From positions 4,572 through 68,571 of the forward strand of contig JAGQKZ010000001.1 of NCBI GenBank assembly GCA_020429745.1: a stretch of 64,000 nt of DNA, in the 5' to 3' direction. This stretch comes from a candidate division WWE3 bacterium (GTDB lineage Bacteria > Patescibacteriota > 4484-211 > GCA-002791395). Of the stretch, positions 19,231 to 28,768 are shown piece after piece. How positions within the stretch are numbered: the first letter of the stretch is position 1; the number at the start of each line of letters is the position of its first letter. A program made the position numbers and the translations under genes. The notes under the pieces were generated by a model. That model saw only the letters and a program-made list of their open reading frames with translations, did no database searches and was not told the DNA's origin.

Positions 19231-21223
19231 GGATCAGAATAACGACCGTCGACACGATCAACGTAGGCACAGCAAAACCACTGCTTGGTAACTGTGGCTG
19301 CGTGGGTGCAATCGTACTTTGCGAGCTACTCACAGTTGGGGTAGGCGTTGCCGCCGCTCCTTCTACAGACTGCTTGCCCACGACAAAGGGTGATAGGGTA
19401 CTTGGCCTTCCACAGATCAGATTAGAATCCGTATCGATGTACGTTGTCACATCGGACCACGCACCAGAGGTGTAATGGTACATTCGCAACTCGTCCTCGC
19501 TCAATCCTGCGGGATCGACCTCGCTTTCATTATACGGAAGACATATCGTAATAATGCTACACACAAGATCGTCGGTCGTGATGTCAAAGTTTGTTTTAAG
19601 TATCGTTAGCGTATCGTCGATCTGTCCCGGTGGAGTTTGTAACACATAGATCGACAGACTGCCCGCCGTTGTTACCTGTTCACACCTTATCGTAGCCGTT
19701 CCCGCCGCAGTCTCCACCTCAACCTCGGTGGGAGTCGAAGTGTTTTGAGGGATATCGACCGTTACAGGATTAGGAGTAGGCGTTGCAGTAACCTCCGGTG
19801 TGGGCGTTGGGGTCGGTGAGCCCGTCGGTGTTGGGGTCGGAGTTATGGCCGTCATGTCGCGATCGAAAACAAAGATGTCACCGAAGCCGTTAGTGTCGTT
19901 GTCGATTAGATTTGTTGCATAGGAGTAAAACGAAACGTACTGCCCGTCCGAACTCACTGAGGGGTAATAACTCCAATAATTCGCCTCGCCACCGGTATTT
20001 GTCAGACTAACACGCGAGGTCACGAACGACTCACGCTGATGATTCATAAACACATCAACAACACCGTTGGTATCGTTATCCACGAGATTTGTCGCACGCG
20101 ACTTAAACAAGATGTATTCACCGTCACCACTAATATCGATACTTTGCGCATCAACACCATCACCGCTTGAATTATTGCCCTCATCTCCTGCAGTATCGGT
20201 ACTCACCCGCGACGTTTCACCGATCAAACGACTGTAGACGAAAACATCACGCACGTCATTTGTGTCGTCCGAAACGAGATTGTCGGCGACAGATTCGTAA
20301 GCAATATAGCTTCCGTCATCATCTATCGCCGGGAAGGCACTCCCACCATTAGCCTCGGTCCCGGTCGAGCTCACACTCACACGTATGTTCGTAAGCACAA
20401 CCGTATCGCGCAAAAAGACGTCTGCAACATCATTCGTGTCCCCGCTTAGAAGATTCGTTGCCACAGACGTAAAAGCGATATAGCGACCATCCTGACTAAT
20501 CACCGGGTGCAGGCTGTCACCGTTCCCCTCACTGTCGCCAGCTGAATCATAACTTTCACGCGTAGTCGTAGAACCAACCGTATCGCGTAAGAAGATATCG
20601 CGAACGTTGTTGGTATCTGATGTAACCAGGTTCGTCGCGGCCGATTCGAACACGACATACTGCCCATCCCCACTTATAGCAGGATAAAAACTGTGACCAT
20701 CGGCCTGTGTCCCAGCAGTGGCCACACTGACTCTCGTTGTTGTTTGGTCAACCGTATCGTAAACAAAGATATCGCTCTTCCCGTTTGTGTCACCGGAGAC
20801 AAGATTTGTAGCATAGGATTCAAAGGCTACGTATCTACCATCGGCGCTGATCACCGGCGAGTCGCTTTCCCCATTGCCCTGAGTCCCCGAATCGTTAACG
20901 CTCACGCGGATCGTAGTATCATCAACGCGGTCGCGTAAGAATATGTCTTTTGCATCATTTGTATCCCCATCTACCAAGTTTGTCGCCAACGAAGCAAAAA
21001 CCACATAACGACCATCGGCATTAATATCGTTACGCGAGGACGGACCGTTCGCCTCCTCCCCCGCTGAATTGACACTAACACGTTCAATTAACGAACCTGC
21101 AGACTGCGATGCTATTTTTTGTCCATGAATAAAGAAGAATAAGAACACGGTACTTAACGTAAGCACCGTTAACTTCAAAACAACAGAAGGCGATGTTTTC
21201 GCCGTAGGATTAGTATTCTTCAT
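19202..21223 (-). CDS. Exported cell-surface protein: 8 tandem PD40/TolB-like beta-propeller repeats, PT-rich linker, C-terminal domain and LPSSG + hydrophobic anchor
   Basis: Signal peptide; repeat unit ...SxDGRYVxFxSxATNLVxxDTNxxxDIFxxD x8; TPTPTPTGSPTPTPTP linker; QLPSSGFAVPTLIVSTVVILILGLGVALVL end. Confidence 0.7.
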   Translation of the reverse strand: MKNTNPTAKTSPSVVLKLTVLTLSTVFLFFFIHGQKIASQSAGSLIERVSVNSAGEEANGPSSRNDINADGRYVVFASLATNLVDGDTNDAKDIFLRDRVDDTTIRVSVNDSGTQGNGESDSPVISADGRYVAFESYATNLVSGDTNGKSDIFVYDTVDQTTTRVSVATAGTQADGHSFYPAISGDGQYVVFESAATNLVTSDTNNVRDIFLRDTVGSTTTRESYDSAGDSEGNGDSLHPVISQDGRYIAFTSVATNLLSGDTNDVADVFLRDTVVLTNIRVSVSSTGTEANGGSAFPAIDDDGSYIAYESVADNLVSDDTNDVRDVFVYSRLIGETSRVSTDTAGDEGNNSSGDGVDAQSIDISGDGEYILFKSRATNLVDNDTNGVVDVFMNHQRESFVTSRVSLTNTGGEANYWSYYPSVSSDGQYVSFYSYATNLIDNDTNGFGDIFVFDRDMTAITPTPTPTGSPTPTPTPEVTATPTPNPVTVDIPQNTSTPTEVEVETAAGTATIRCEQVTTAGSLSIYVLQTPPGQIDDTLTILKTNFDITTDDLVCSIITICLPYNESEVDPAGLSEDELRMYHYTSGAWSDVTTYIDTDSNLICGRPSTLSPFVVGKQSVEGAAATPTPTVSSSQSTIAPTQPQLPSSGFAVPTLIVSTVVILILGLGVALVL

Positions 21224-21336
21224 GATGCGGTATTTACCTTAAGAGTACACTAATTACGCAAAATACGTCAATTTAATTTATCCCCAACACTTCCTCTCTT
21301 GATGTTTACACCAGCAATGACATATTATTGTAAAAG

Positions 21337-21954
21337 ATGAATCAGAAAAAGGGATTTACGCTTATCGAGTTACTCGTCGTTATCGGCATCATTGGCGTAC
21401 TCGCTACGGTTATCTGGATGGCCATCAGCCCACTGAGAAGATACAGGTACGCTAGAGACGCACAACGTCGTGATCTGTTACGCCAGATCGCTAACGGACT
21501 TGATGCATACTACGTTAACCACCTCGAGTACCCTCATCCCTGTGGCATGTATTATGCTGACCCCGAAGGGATACCATGTAACAGTGCACCTGCGGCTTGG
21601 GGTAACCCACCCGACAACTGGATCCCGGGTCTGGTTGAGGAGGGGTATCTTAAGCTTGTCCCCAAAGATCCCGTAAACCTGCTGTTTACAAGTGTCTGGA
21701 GTTATAATTCTTCATTCTTTTACGTAAGCGAATCGGTACAACCTTATCCAACATACGGCACCGTGTCAGGTGAATATTATATCTTAGGAACCAACTTTGA
21801 ATATATCGAGGACCCACAAACTCTTCAAAAAATCGAAGAGAGATTTGGAACCCGCCCCCACTGGCCTGATTGTGTTAATGAGATCGGTTTCCATTCTTAC
21901 GCCTACTTAATAAGAAGCTGGAGATGCGACAACGATCCGCCTAATGCGTTTTAA
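21337..21954 (+). CDS. Type IV pilin-like / pseudopilin protein (prepilin N-terminal methylation domain)
   Basis: MNQKKGFTLIELLVVIGIIGVLA class III signal peptide. Confidence 0.75.
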   Translation: MNQKKGFTLIELLVVIGIIGVLATVIWMAISPLRRYRYARDAQRRDLLRQIANGLDAYYVNHLEYPHPCGMYYADPEGIPCNSAPAAWGNPPDNWIPGLVEEGYLKLVPKDPVNLLFTSVWSYNSSFFYVSESVQPYPTYGTVSGEYYILGTNFEYIEDPQTLQKIEERFGTRPHWPDCVNEIGFHSYAYLIRSWRCDNDPPNAF

Positions 21955-22618
21955 TATGAAGTATCTGTTTATCTTATTAGCTGCCGTATTTTTTGCCACG
22001 ACACCGATTATTACCGTGCACGCACAAAACTTGGAGGACCTCTCACCCGCAACACAGGAGGAGTTAAAAAACGCCGCGGCACAGCAAGGCATTAGTGTTG
22101 AGAGCTTTATCAAAGATGTCATTCAGCCGCTTCCAGATTCTGTCAATCTCGATCTTTTAGTAATCGTCGGTATTAACATCGTGATTATCGTAATCGGCGT
22201 CATAGCCGGCGTTGTTATTCTAAAAAGAAGAAAGAGCGATACGAAAAAACAGGTCCAGGACGCTAAAAAATTTGATGATGTGCGCAAAAAAAACCTGGTG
22301 CGCTTGTATCACGCTATCAAACGATTTTATCTAGACAACAACCTGTTCCCTACCGAGAGCCAATTTGCTTCGTTCATTAGTGAGTTAACCGAAGAGCTAA
22401 AACACGACCCGCTTTGGAAGAAACCATTGCCGGGGCACGCGGACCTAATCGTGGATTACCATTATACGCAAACACCACCAACATCGGTGAGATCAGATCC
22501 TCACTACTTCAAGCTCCACAGCCATATGGCCGACACGATGCAGGTAGGTGTGGACACCGATCGATTCAAGGAGTTGCTCGCACGGGAAGGCATCGAAGAC
22601 CTCTCCTTTGCCCAATAA
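21944..22618 (+). CDS. Hypothetical secreted/membrane protein
   Basis: Signal peptide (MKYLFILLAAVFFATTP), central TM helix, charged C-terminal half; follows pilin gene. Confidence 0.45.
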   Translation: MRFNMKYLFILLAAVFFATTPIITVHAQNLEDLSPATQEELKNAAAQQGISVESFIKDVIQPLPDSVNLDLLVIVGINIVIIVIGVIAGVVILKRRKSDTKKQVQDAKKFDDVRKKNLVRLYHAIKRFYLDNNLFPTESQFASFISELTEELKHDPLWKKPLPGHADLIVDYHYTQTPPTSVRSDPHYFKLHSHMADTMQVGVDTDRFKELLAREGIEDLSFAQ

Positions 22619-22961
22619 AGTAAAGCCACCCATACCAGAGTGGCGTTTACTCGTCGAACTTAAAAGGAACCCACTACTTTTTTTTCTTCTTTGCCTTTGC
22701 TTTTGGCTTTGCCTTTGTTGCCATCTTGTATCACCACCTTTCGTTGTGGCGTACGTCATCTGACACGCTTACCAATCATGAGCAGTACGTTAACTTAAAT
22801 ATGCGCACCTTTTGCAAAACCTGTCAATACTGCCTCACAAAAGCGACAGCTCAACGGTTAAGAGTCAATTTGTAAATAAGAAAAATAAAAAATGAAGAAA
22901 AAGGGTGAATGAAGATCTTTTGGCTACCAGCCTTTGAGATTAACTTCGTAAAGGCTTTGGA

Positions 22962-23222
22962 TTACTCCTCTCTCTTTGGACGAGCAACGTTAACGATCAT
23001 CTTACGTCCTTCGAATTCAGTCTCGTGTAATCCAGCAATTGCCTGTTGTGCTGCATCTGCATCAACCATTGTTACAAATCCATATCCTTTGCTACGGTTT
23101 GATCCGCGCTCAGTGATGATCACCGCCTCTACTACCTCACCGTACTGTGAGAACATCTCTGCGAGTTGCTCATTTGTCGTTGAGTAAGGAAGATTCCCTA
23201 CATATAACTTGTTTTCCTGCAT
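22962..23222 (-). CDS. RRM-domain RNA-binding protein
   Basis: RNP2 LYVGNL and RNP1 KGYGFVTM motifs; strong SD GGAGGTGATTAAATA upstream. Confidence 0.85.
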   Translation of the reverse strand: MQENKLYVGNLPYSTTNEQLAEMFSQYGEVVEAVIITERGSNRSKGYGFVTMVDADAAQQAIAGLHETEFEGRKMIVNVARPKREE

Positions 23223-23445
23223 TATTTAATCACCTCCTTTTTTTCGATTCTTATCGTATCTTTCTAACTTGAAATAGTCTTTAAGCTTTATGGGTATACA
23301 CAACGCGTGAAACTATAGATCGGCCAGAGGGTTTACATACGGTTTAAATCGTTACAGTAATTATAGTACTAATCGTACATATTGACAATATCCTTTACTT
23401 AAGCCCAAACTGCTGCTACCAAACCAGGTGTGTTAAAAATAGAGT

Positions 23446-24678
23446 ATGAATCTGCGTGACCGGATTAATAGAATCGACGAAAAGGTGATCCTTTTTGTTA
23501 TCATGTTCGGCCTCTCCCTTATTAAGGGCTGGCACTCTCCTCACCGCTGGACATACACAAACTACGTGGTTAACTACGGGTACGGATTTATGCGTCGCGG
23601 CCTATTGGGGACGATAAGCACCACGATTCTGGGCACACACGCCTACGAATACGAATACATCTTTTACTTTATGCTGATTCTGTTCGCGTTGATGGTTATT
23701 CTGCTAATAGTTCTTACCCTGCAGTTAATTAGTAAAGACAAATCGTTTATCACCCCCGCGATCATCTTTGCCGCCTCCCCAATTGTCGTATTCTTATCAA
23801 GCGAGTTTGGCTTTCTTGATGAGGTGGGGTTGCTGCTGATTTTAGCCTACATCTTCGTTGTCTGGAACTTTGGTAAACGGCTTACGGGACTATCGATTGT
23901 CGTGCTAACAAGCTTTATTTCGATCGCAACCATTCTTATTCATGAAGGACAGGTCATTATGTTTGGTCCCGTGCTAATGCTGACAACACTCATCTTTTTT
24001 ATTGAGAGAGCAACACCTATTAAGAAGACTTTCGCAGCGCTTACTTTTCTAGCTATGCTGATGTTTGTTACAAGTGTAGCGGTTGTGCGGTTTGGTACCC
24101 TGGAGACCTCATACGTCGACGAGATTGAAGACTCGATCAGGAGTAAAGTTAACTTCTCAATCGCCTCGCCAACGTTTTCTGCAATTCACTGGGATACAGA
24201 GGAGGCATCAACTCGCACCCTGGAACGTTGGACGAGCAGCAGTCGCTACTATCTTCTGCTCCTTTCTGCGCTTATTAATCTCCCGACGCAAACTATCCTT
24301 CTTTGGTGGGGAAAACGGAGAGTTGGCGTAATCGCCGACAAGACCGTTAGACGTATGGTCTTTGCTATGTTCATTATTACAGCCATATCGCCTTATGCCT
24401 TAAACCTTGTCGGGATTGACATGCATCGGTGGAACTCACTTTCTGTGGTTACCACCTTTTTGGGTTTAATGCTTGTATGTAGATTCGTGAAGGACCGGGT
24501 CGATACTCCGACTATCAGCTTCGCCGCTTTAATACTATTTGTGTTCATAAGTGCGATGTCGACAAACTTTCTGTACAATGCGCAGCCGGTTCATCTTTAT
24601 CCGTTTGTAAATCTTTTCGACAAGTTGACGGCATTTTTCCTCGAAGGGGCGCGCTTCCCGGTACTTCCACAGTTCTAG
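23446..24678 (+). CDS. Hypothetical polytopic membrane protein
   Basis: 410 aa, about 10 TM helices; 4-nt overlap with convergent kinase gene. Confidence 0.5.
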   Translation: MNLRDRINRIDEKVILFVIMFGLSLIKGWHSPHRWTYTNYVVNYGYGFMRRGLLGTISTTILGTHAYEYEYIFYFMLILFALMVILLIVLTLQLISKDKSFITPAIIFAASPIVVFLSSEFGFLDEVGLLLILAYIFVVWNFGKRLTGLSIVVLTSFISIATILIHEGQVIMFGPVLMLTTLIFFIERATPIKKTFAALTFLAMLMFVTSVAVVRFGTLETSYVDEIEDSIRSKVNFSIASPTFSAIHWDTEEASTRTLERWTSSSRYYLLLLSALINLPTQTILLWWGKRRVGVIADKTVRRMVFAMFIITAISPYALNLVGIDMHRWNSLSVVTTFLGLMLVCRFVKDRVDTPTISFAALILFVFISAMSTNFLYNAQPVHLYPFVNLFDKLTAFFLEGARFPVLPQF

Positions 24679-27134
24679 TTCGCCACCGGCAGCGAGAAAC
24701 TAAACGTAGAGCCCTTTCCTAACCCTTCACTCACAACCCAGATCTTGCCATGATGCATCTCAACAATTGAACGAGCTATATACAAACCAAGCCCCGTCCC
24801 TTTGGATCCCATCTCTAACTGCCCCCAAACCCTAAAGAACTTCTCAAACATATGCTTGATTGCGTCAGGCGGTATTCCCTCCCCCGTATCGACAACATGT
24901 GTAATGACAACATCCTGATCCTTATCGTATTCAACCGTCACCTCGACATGACCTTCCTTTGTGTACTTCAAACCATTTGATATGAGATTATTCAGCACTT
25001 CAACGATCCTCAGCTTATCAACAGCAACCGCCGGTATCTCGGTTTTAGGTTCCTTCCACCGAAGTTCAAGATTACGTTCTCGCGCATATTCACTTAGTTG
25101 ATCGATTACGCCACCTACAATTTGCACCCAATCTGAATCCTCAAGATTAAGATTAAACTCTCCCTGTTCGATTTGAGAAACCGACAGCAGATTCTCCATT
25201 AAGCCAACGAGCTGTTGAGTAGACGTCTCAATGCGTCCCAAGAGAAGTCCCTGTTGCTCATCTTTTTTGTCTTCATACTCCTGACGAAAAAGTGACAGAT
25301 AACCTTTCATTGACGTTAACGGTGTGCGTAACTCATGCGCCGCCATAGCCACAAAGTCGAGCTTCATCCGCTCTAACTCCTCCTCCGCAGTAAAATCGTG
25401 GACTACAAAAATGTAGGCAACATCAGATTTTTTGGCCTCCTTAATCGTTGAAACCTGCAAGCGAATATTACGTATAGTCCCATCGTCACGTTTTAGTCTT
25501 ACCTGATCGGAAGAGAACACAACCTCATCGTGGTCTTCGTTAATCTCCGATGGGCACAGCTTGTCATCGGTGATTACAACTTCGTTAGGACTAATAAACT
25601 CACCAAGATCAGAGATGCCGAGTCCCACCGGATCATCCTTAAGGCTAAACAGTTCATAAGCCGCCGGGTTCGCGACGACAACGTTACGCTGATGATCCAA
25701 AGCAATAACTGAATCGCTTACCCCTGCCAAAGCCATCGCCAATTTGTTTCTCTCGGCACTAATTAACACCTTGTCATGCTCCAAGCTTTCAACTAACTGT
25801 GCCACTTCAAGCGCCGTTGCGATACGCAGACTCAGGCTCTCGACAAGAGCAATATCTTCTTTTGTGTATAGAGACAGATCTTCTTTCTCGCCCACCAATA
25901 GATACATGCGTTTAGCAACAACGGCGCTCGGGTTTACCGAACGCACGATATCGACCCCCATCTTGGCCATCTCGTCTTTGTATCTCACCAGCATTGCACG
26001 TTCATCATCCTTAATGTTCGGATGCGATAGGCCGATCTTTAACTCCTCGTAGACCACCATATTGCCTAGACCATCATTAAGCGCAAGTTCTACGGGCAAC
26101 TCCTCTTCATCGAGGAGCGAAACCTTTTTGCTATAAAAGATACCTTCCATACTCTTCTGTACTAGATCGACTATCTTGTTAAGCTCAACCTCCTCGGTTA
26201 ATCGTTTGGCAAAGCCGGCAATCTGTTCTTCTTTGCTTTTTTCCTTCTTATACACAATCTTCGCCAGCCATTCGCCGAGTTCGATCTTGGTTAACTTGTT
26301 TTCAAAAAGAAGGATCAGCAGCACTGGGGCAAACAACAACCCCAAATCAAGTAAAAGCGTAAAACCGGAATAGAAATACATAATCAGAAACAAAGGAAGG
26401 GCAAAGATAACAAATAATAAAAGTCTGGTCGCAATAAACTTGATAGCCAACCGAAGATCCATTAATCGATATTGAATAACTAGATATGTATTAATGAGCG
26501 TAAGCGGCAATACCGCAAGCGGCGATAACGCAAAATACTGGGTCGTCCCAAACGCCAACGGCATTAGTATATCTGTAACAACGGCGATTCCACCAAACAG
26601 ACACATACCCACAAAAAAGTAACTATATTGTGTGCGTTCGAGACCGGTAAACGTCCTTCTACGCAGTGCTTGCCTTGTCATACCGTAGATGATGATAGGG
26701 ATAATTACTGCATAAAAGAAAGGGTAAGCAGCACCGTGTCTCGTAAGTACCGAGGTTCCCTCCTGCCAAGTATAGTCGACGAATAAATGTGTAAAGGCAA
26801 GGAAAAACAGAAACGGCGAAAGAGCAAGACTGGATAAAACTTCGACAAAAGTATCCATCTTTGCATGTTTATCTTTATTCGGAAAAACTTTAACGGTGTG
26901 CAGGATCGCTACTGCGCCAAAAATTGAAAACACGTAGGTTAAACGTATCCACAACTCGCTTGTCCCGATAATCGGGAAAGAGTAAAAGACTAAACACAAC
27001 GCCCAAAAACCAAAGAAGATCGAAAACGAGGAGAACGCCTGGTTGACAGGATTTCTTGGGTTGTCGAACAGCACGAACAACCCAAACAACAAGACAGCGA
27101 CAGCAGCTACGAATCCTACAAGCAGTGTAAGCAT
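24675..27134 (-). CDS. Sensor histidine kinase with large multi-TM N-terminal sensor, PAS-like region, HisKA and HATPase_c
   Basis: AAHELRTPLTSMKGY H-box; N, G1 (DTGEGI), G2 (GTGLGL) boxes; no adjacent response regulator. Confidence 0.85.
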   Translation of the reverse strand: MLTLLVGFVAAVAVLLFGLFVLFDNPRNPVNQAFSSFSIFFGFWALCLVFYSFPIIGTSELWIRLTYVFSIFGAVAILHTVKVFPNKDKHAKMDTFVEVLSSLALSPFLFFLAFTHLFVDYTWQEGTSVLTRHGAAYPFFYAVIIPIIIYGMTRQALRRRTFTGLERTQYSYFFVGMCLFGGIAVVTDILMPLAFGTTQYFALSPLAVLPLTLINTYLVIQYRLMDLRLAIKFIATRLLLFVIFALPLFLIMYFYSGFTLLLDLGLLFAPVLLILLFENKLTKIELGEWLAKIVYKKEKSKEEQIAGFAKRLTEEVELNKIVDLVQKSMEGIFYSKKVSLLDEEELPVELALNDGLGNMVVYEELKIGLSHPNIKDDERAMLVRYKDEMAKMGVDIVRSVNPSAVVAKRMYLLVGEKEDLSLYTKEDIALVESLSLRIATALEVAQLVESLEHDKVLISAERNKLAMALAGVSDSVIALDHQRNVVVANPAAYELFSLKDDPVGLGISDLGEFISPNEVVITDDKLCPSEINEDHDEVVFSSDQVRLKRDDGTIRNIRLQVSTIKEAKKSDVAYIFVVHDFTAEEELERMKLDFVAMAAHELRTPLTSMKGYLSLFRQEYEDKKDEQQGLLLGRIETSTQQLVGLMENLLSVSQIEQGEFNLNLEDSDWVQIVGGVIDQLSEYARERNLELRWKEPKTEIPAVAVDKLRIVEVLNNLISNGLKYTKEGHVEVTVEYDKDQDVVITHVVDTGEGIPPDAIKHMFEKFFRVWGQLEMGSKGTGLGLYIARSIVEMHHGKIWVVSEGLGKGSTFSFSLPVAN

Positions 27135-27180
27135 TTACACTCAATCATACACACAATTCCCACTTTTTAAAACAAACTAT

Positions 27181-27210
27181 TTGACAACCCAACGTCGCCA
27201 CTTATATATT
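27181..27210 (+). promoter_or_regulatory. Putative sigma70-type promoter (TTGACA N18 TATATT) 7 nt upstream of pilin-like gene (near-leaderless)
   Basis: Sequence match to -35/-10 consensus. Confidence 0.4.
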
Positions 27211-27217
27211 GTAATCG

Positions 27218-27940
27218 ATGTCCAAAAAAGGATTCACTGCAGTTGAACTTTTGGTTGTTGTTTTTGTGGTTGGAGTTATTGCACTCGGTGCCCTAATGTT
27301 TTCAAACAAGTTAAAAAGGGACGGCACGCCAAATGCCCAACCCGGCGAACTCGCCACCCCTACCTTGTCACCGACATTAGGACCGACTGTTGAGCCAACC
27401 ATGACAGACGAAAATCCCACTGCAACACCCACCGAGGCGGCATCCCCTCTTGATGGCCAAGATATTCTGCTCAATGAGCTTTTACCTGCGAACATTCCAA
27501 GTGTCGAACCTTTTAACATACGCGTAATCATTGCATCGGACGGCGAATTTCAGTCAATCTACCTCGGAGACGAAAATTTAACGCCAAGCTCAATAATACT
27601 AATATTTCAGAAGATCGACGAATCTCAAACATCTGGGGCATCTATCTCGAGCGAAGTTCATCAAAACGGTGAGTTTTTAGTTGTCAGTTACTCAGGCGTT
27701 GACCAAGGCAATCTTGTGATATTTAAAACCGACGGGGAGATAATTACAACTTCTGTTCTCGGGGTCAATAGTGAACTACAAAGTAGTCGCGGCAATGTCT
27801 ATTACTTAGTCAGTTATCTGGACTTTCCTGCACGAGAAAATATGCAAGTGCGTCTCGCCAACATTCTTGGAGACGTCGCAACCGCAAATATAGATTTAAA
27901 TACAGGCGAGGTAAAAACCGATACACTCGTCGAGCTTTAA
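27218..27940 (+). CDS. Type IV pilin-like protein with PT/TP-rich linker
   Basis: MSKKGFTAVELLVVVFVVGVIALG prepilin-type N-terminus. Confidence 0.7.
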   Translation: MSKKGFTAVELLVVVFVVGVIALGALMFSNKLKRDGTPNAQPGELATPTLSPTLGPTVEPTMTDENPTATPTEAASPLDGQDILLNELLPANIPSVEPFNIRVIIASDGEFQSIYLGDENLTPSSIILIFQKIDESQTSGASISSEVHQNGEFLVVSYSGVDQGNLVIFKTDGEIITTSVLGVNSELQSSRGNVYYLVSYLDFPARENMQVRLANILGDVATANIDLNTGEVKTDTLVEL

Positions 27941-27943
27941 GAT

Positions 27944-28744
27944 TTAATTAGACCCTTTGATTTGCGCGAGACTAAATTCTTGCAACACTTCTAAACTGGA
28001 AAAAACATAATCTTTAAAATCGTCTCTTCCGTCCCAAATGGGCTTCAGTCTTACGAACGGATCACGAAGATGTGGATAGCTCCCAGTTTGAAATAACCTC
28101 TCATTGTTTGTACATTTTTCTTTGACCGAGGGCCACAGCGACTCAACCATATCTAAATCACAATATACCAATATCGCTGCTGTTATCTCCGCTAAAGCCC
28201 AAACGTACCAGTCGTTACAAGGTCTGATTTCGTAAAACTGGTCAACAGCTTCAAAAGTATGCGTAAGCATCAGTTCATATCCAGGAAAGTGGTACGACTC
28301 ATCAGGATCTCTTAATGCACTTATCCCAAGTTTATTGCTTTTGCCCCAAGAAGCTTGAGAATAAAAGATACCGACCAAGATGTCATACTGTTCGTAATTC
28401 CAAGACATACTGTCGAACCGTTGATTAACAATCTCAACGAAATTACGATCAATCCCTGACCAGATTTGCCTATATCGAGTGAGTTTATCCTCGATATCAG
28501 ATATACGATGATTAAGTTGTAATTGGTAATACTTTTTCCAAACCTCGAAACCATCACCTTCATCTGATTCAACAACCCTCTTAACAAGATTTAAATCCAA
28601 ACCCTTGCTTTTAACCCGATATTCCAAACCCGCAGGATCATGTTTCCGAAGTCGAACGAAGCAATTAATACAGTCGAGGTCGTAATCCGTGTAGAAGTTG
28701 ATACGCGGATTCATGGATAATTTCTTTTCGATAGATTCTGTCAT
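27944..28744 (-). CDS. Hypothetical protein (266 aa, Trp/Tyr-rich, cytoplasmic)
   Basis: Long ORF immediately downstream of secA on same strand; no recognised motifs. Confidence 0.5.
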   Translation of the reverse strand: MTESIEKKLSMNPRINFYTDYDLDCINCFVRLRKHDPAGLEYRVKSKGLDLNLVKRVVESDEGDGFEVWKKYYQLQLNHRISDIEDKLTRYRQIWSGIDRNFVEIVNQRFDSMSWNYEQYDILVGIFYSQASWGKSNKLGISALRDPDESYHFPGYELMLTHTFEAVDQFYEIRPCNDWYVWALAEITAAILVYCDLDMVESLWPSVKEKCTNNERLFQTGSYPHLRDPFVRLKPIWDGRDDFKDYVFSSLEVLQEFSLAQIKGSN

Positions 28745-28768
28745 TTATTTATAAGCAGCGGACTACGT

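Noticed and set aside
19202-21223. Possible CRISPR-like periodicity
   Set aside because: Periodicity is at the protein-repeat level (PD40-like units of variable sequence) inside one ORF. There are no identical short direct repeats with spacers anywhere in the window.
22493-22759. 88-aa minus-strand ORF (MTYATTKGGDTRWQQRQSQKQRQRRKKS...)
   Set aside because: It overlaps the 3' end of the 21944-22618 gene. It is low-complexity and driven by the A/G-rich tract, so kept only as the tiny alternative-frame ORF in findings.
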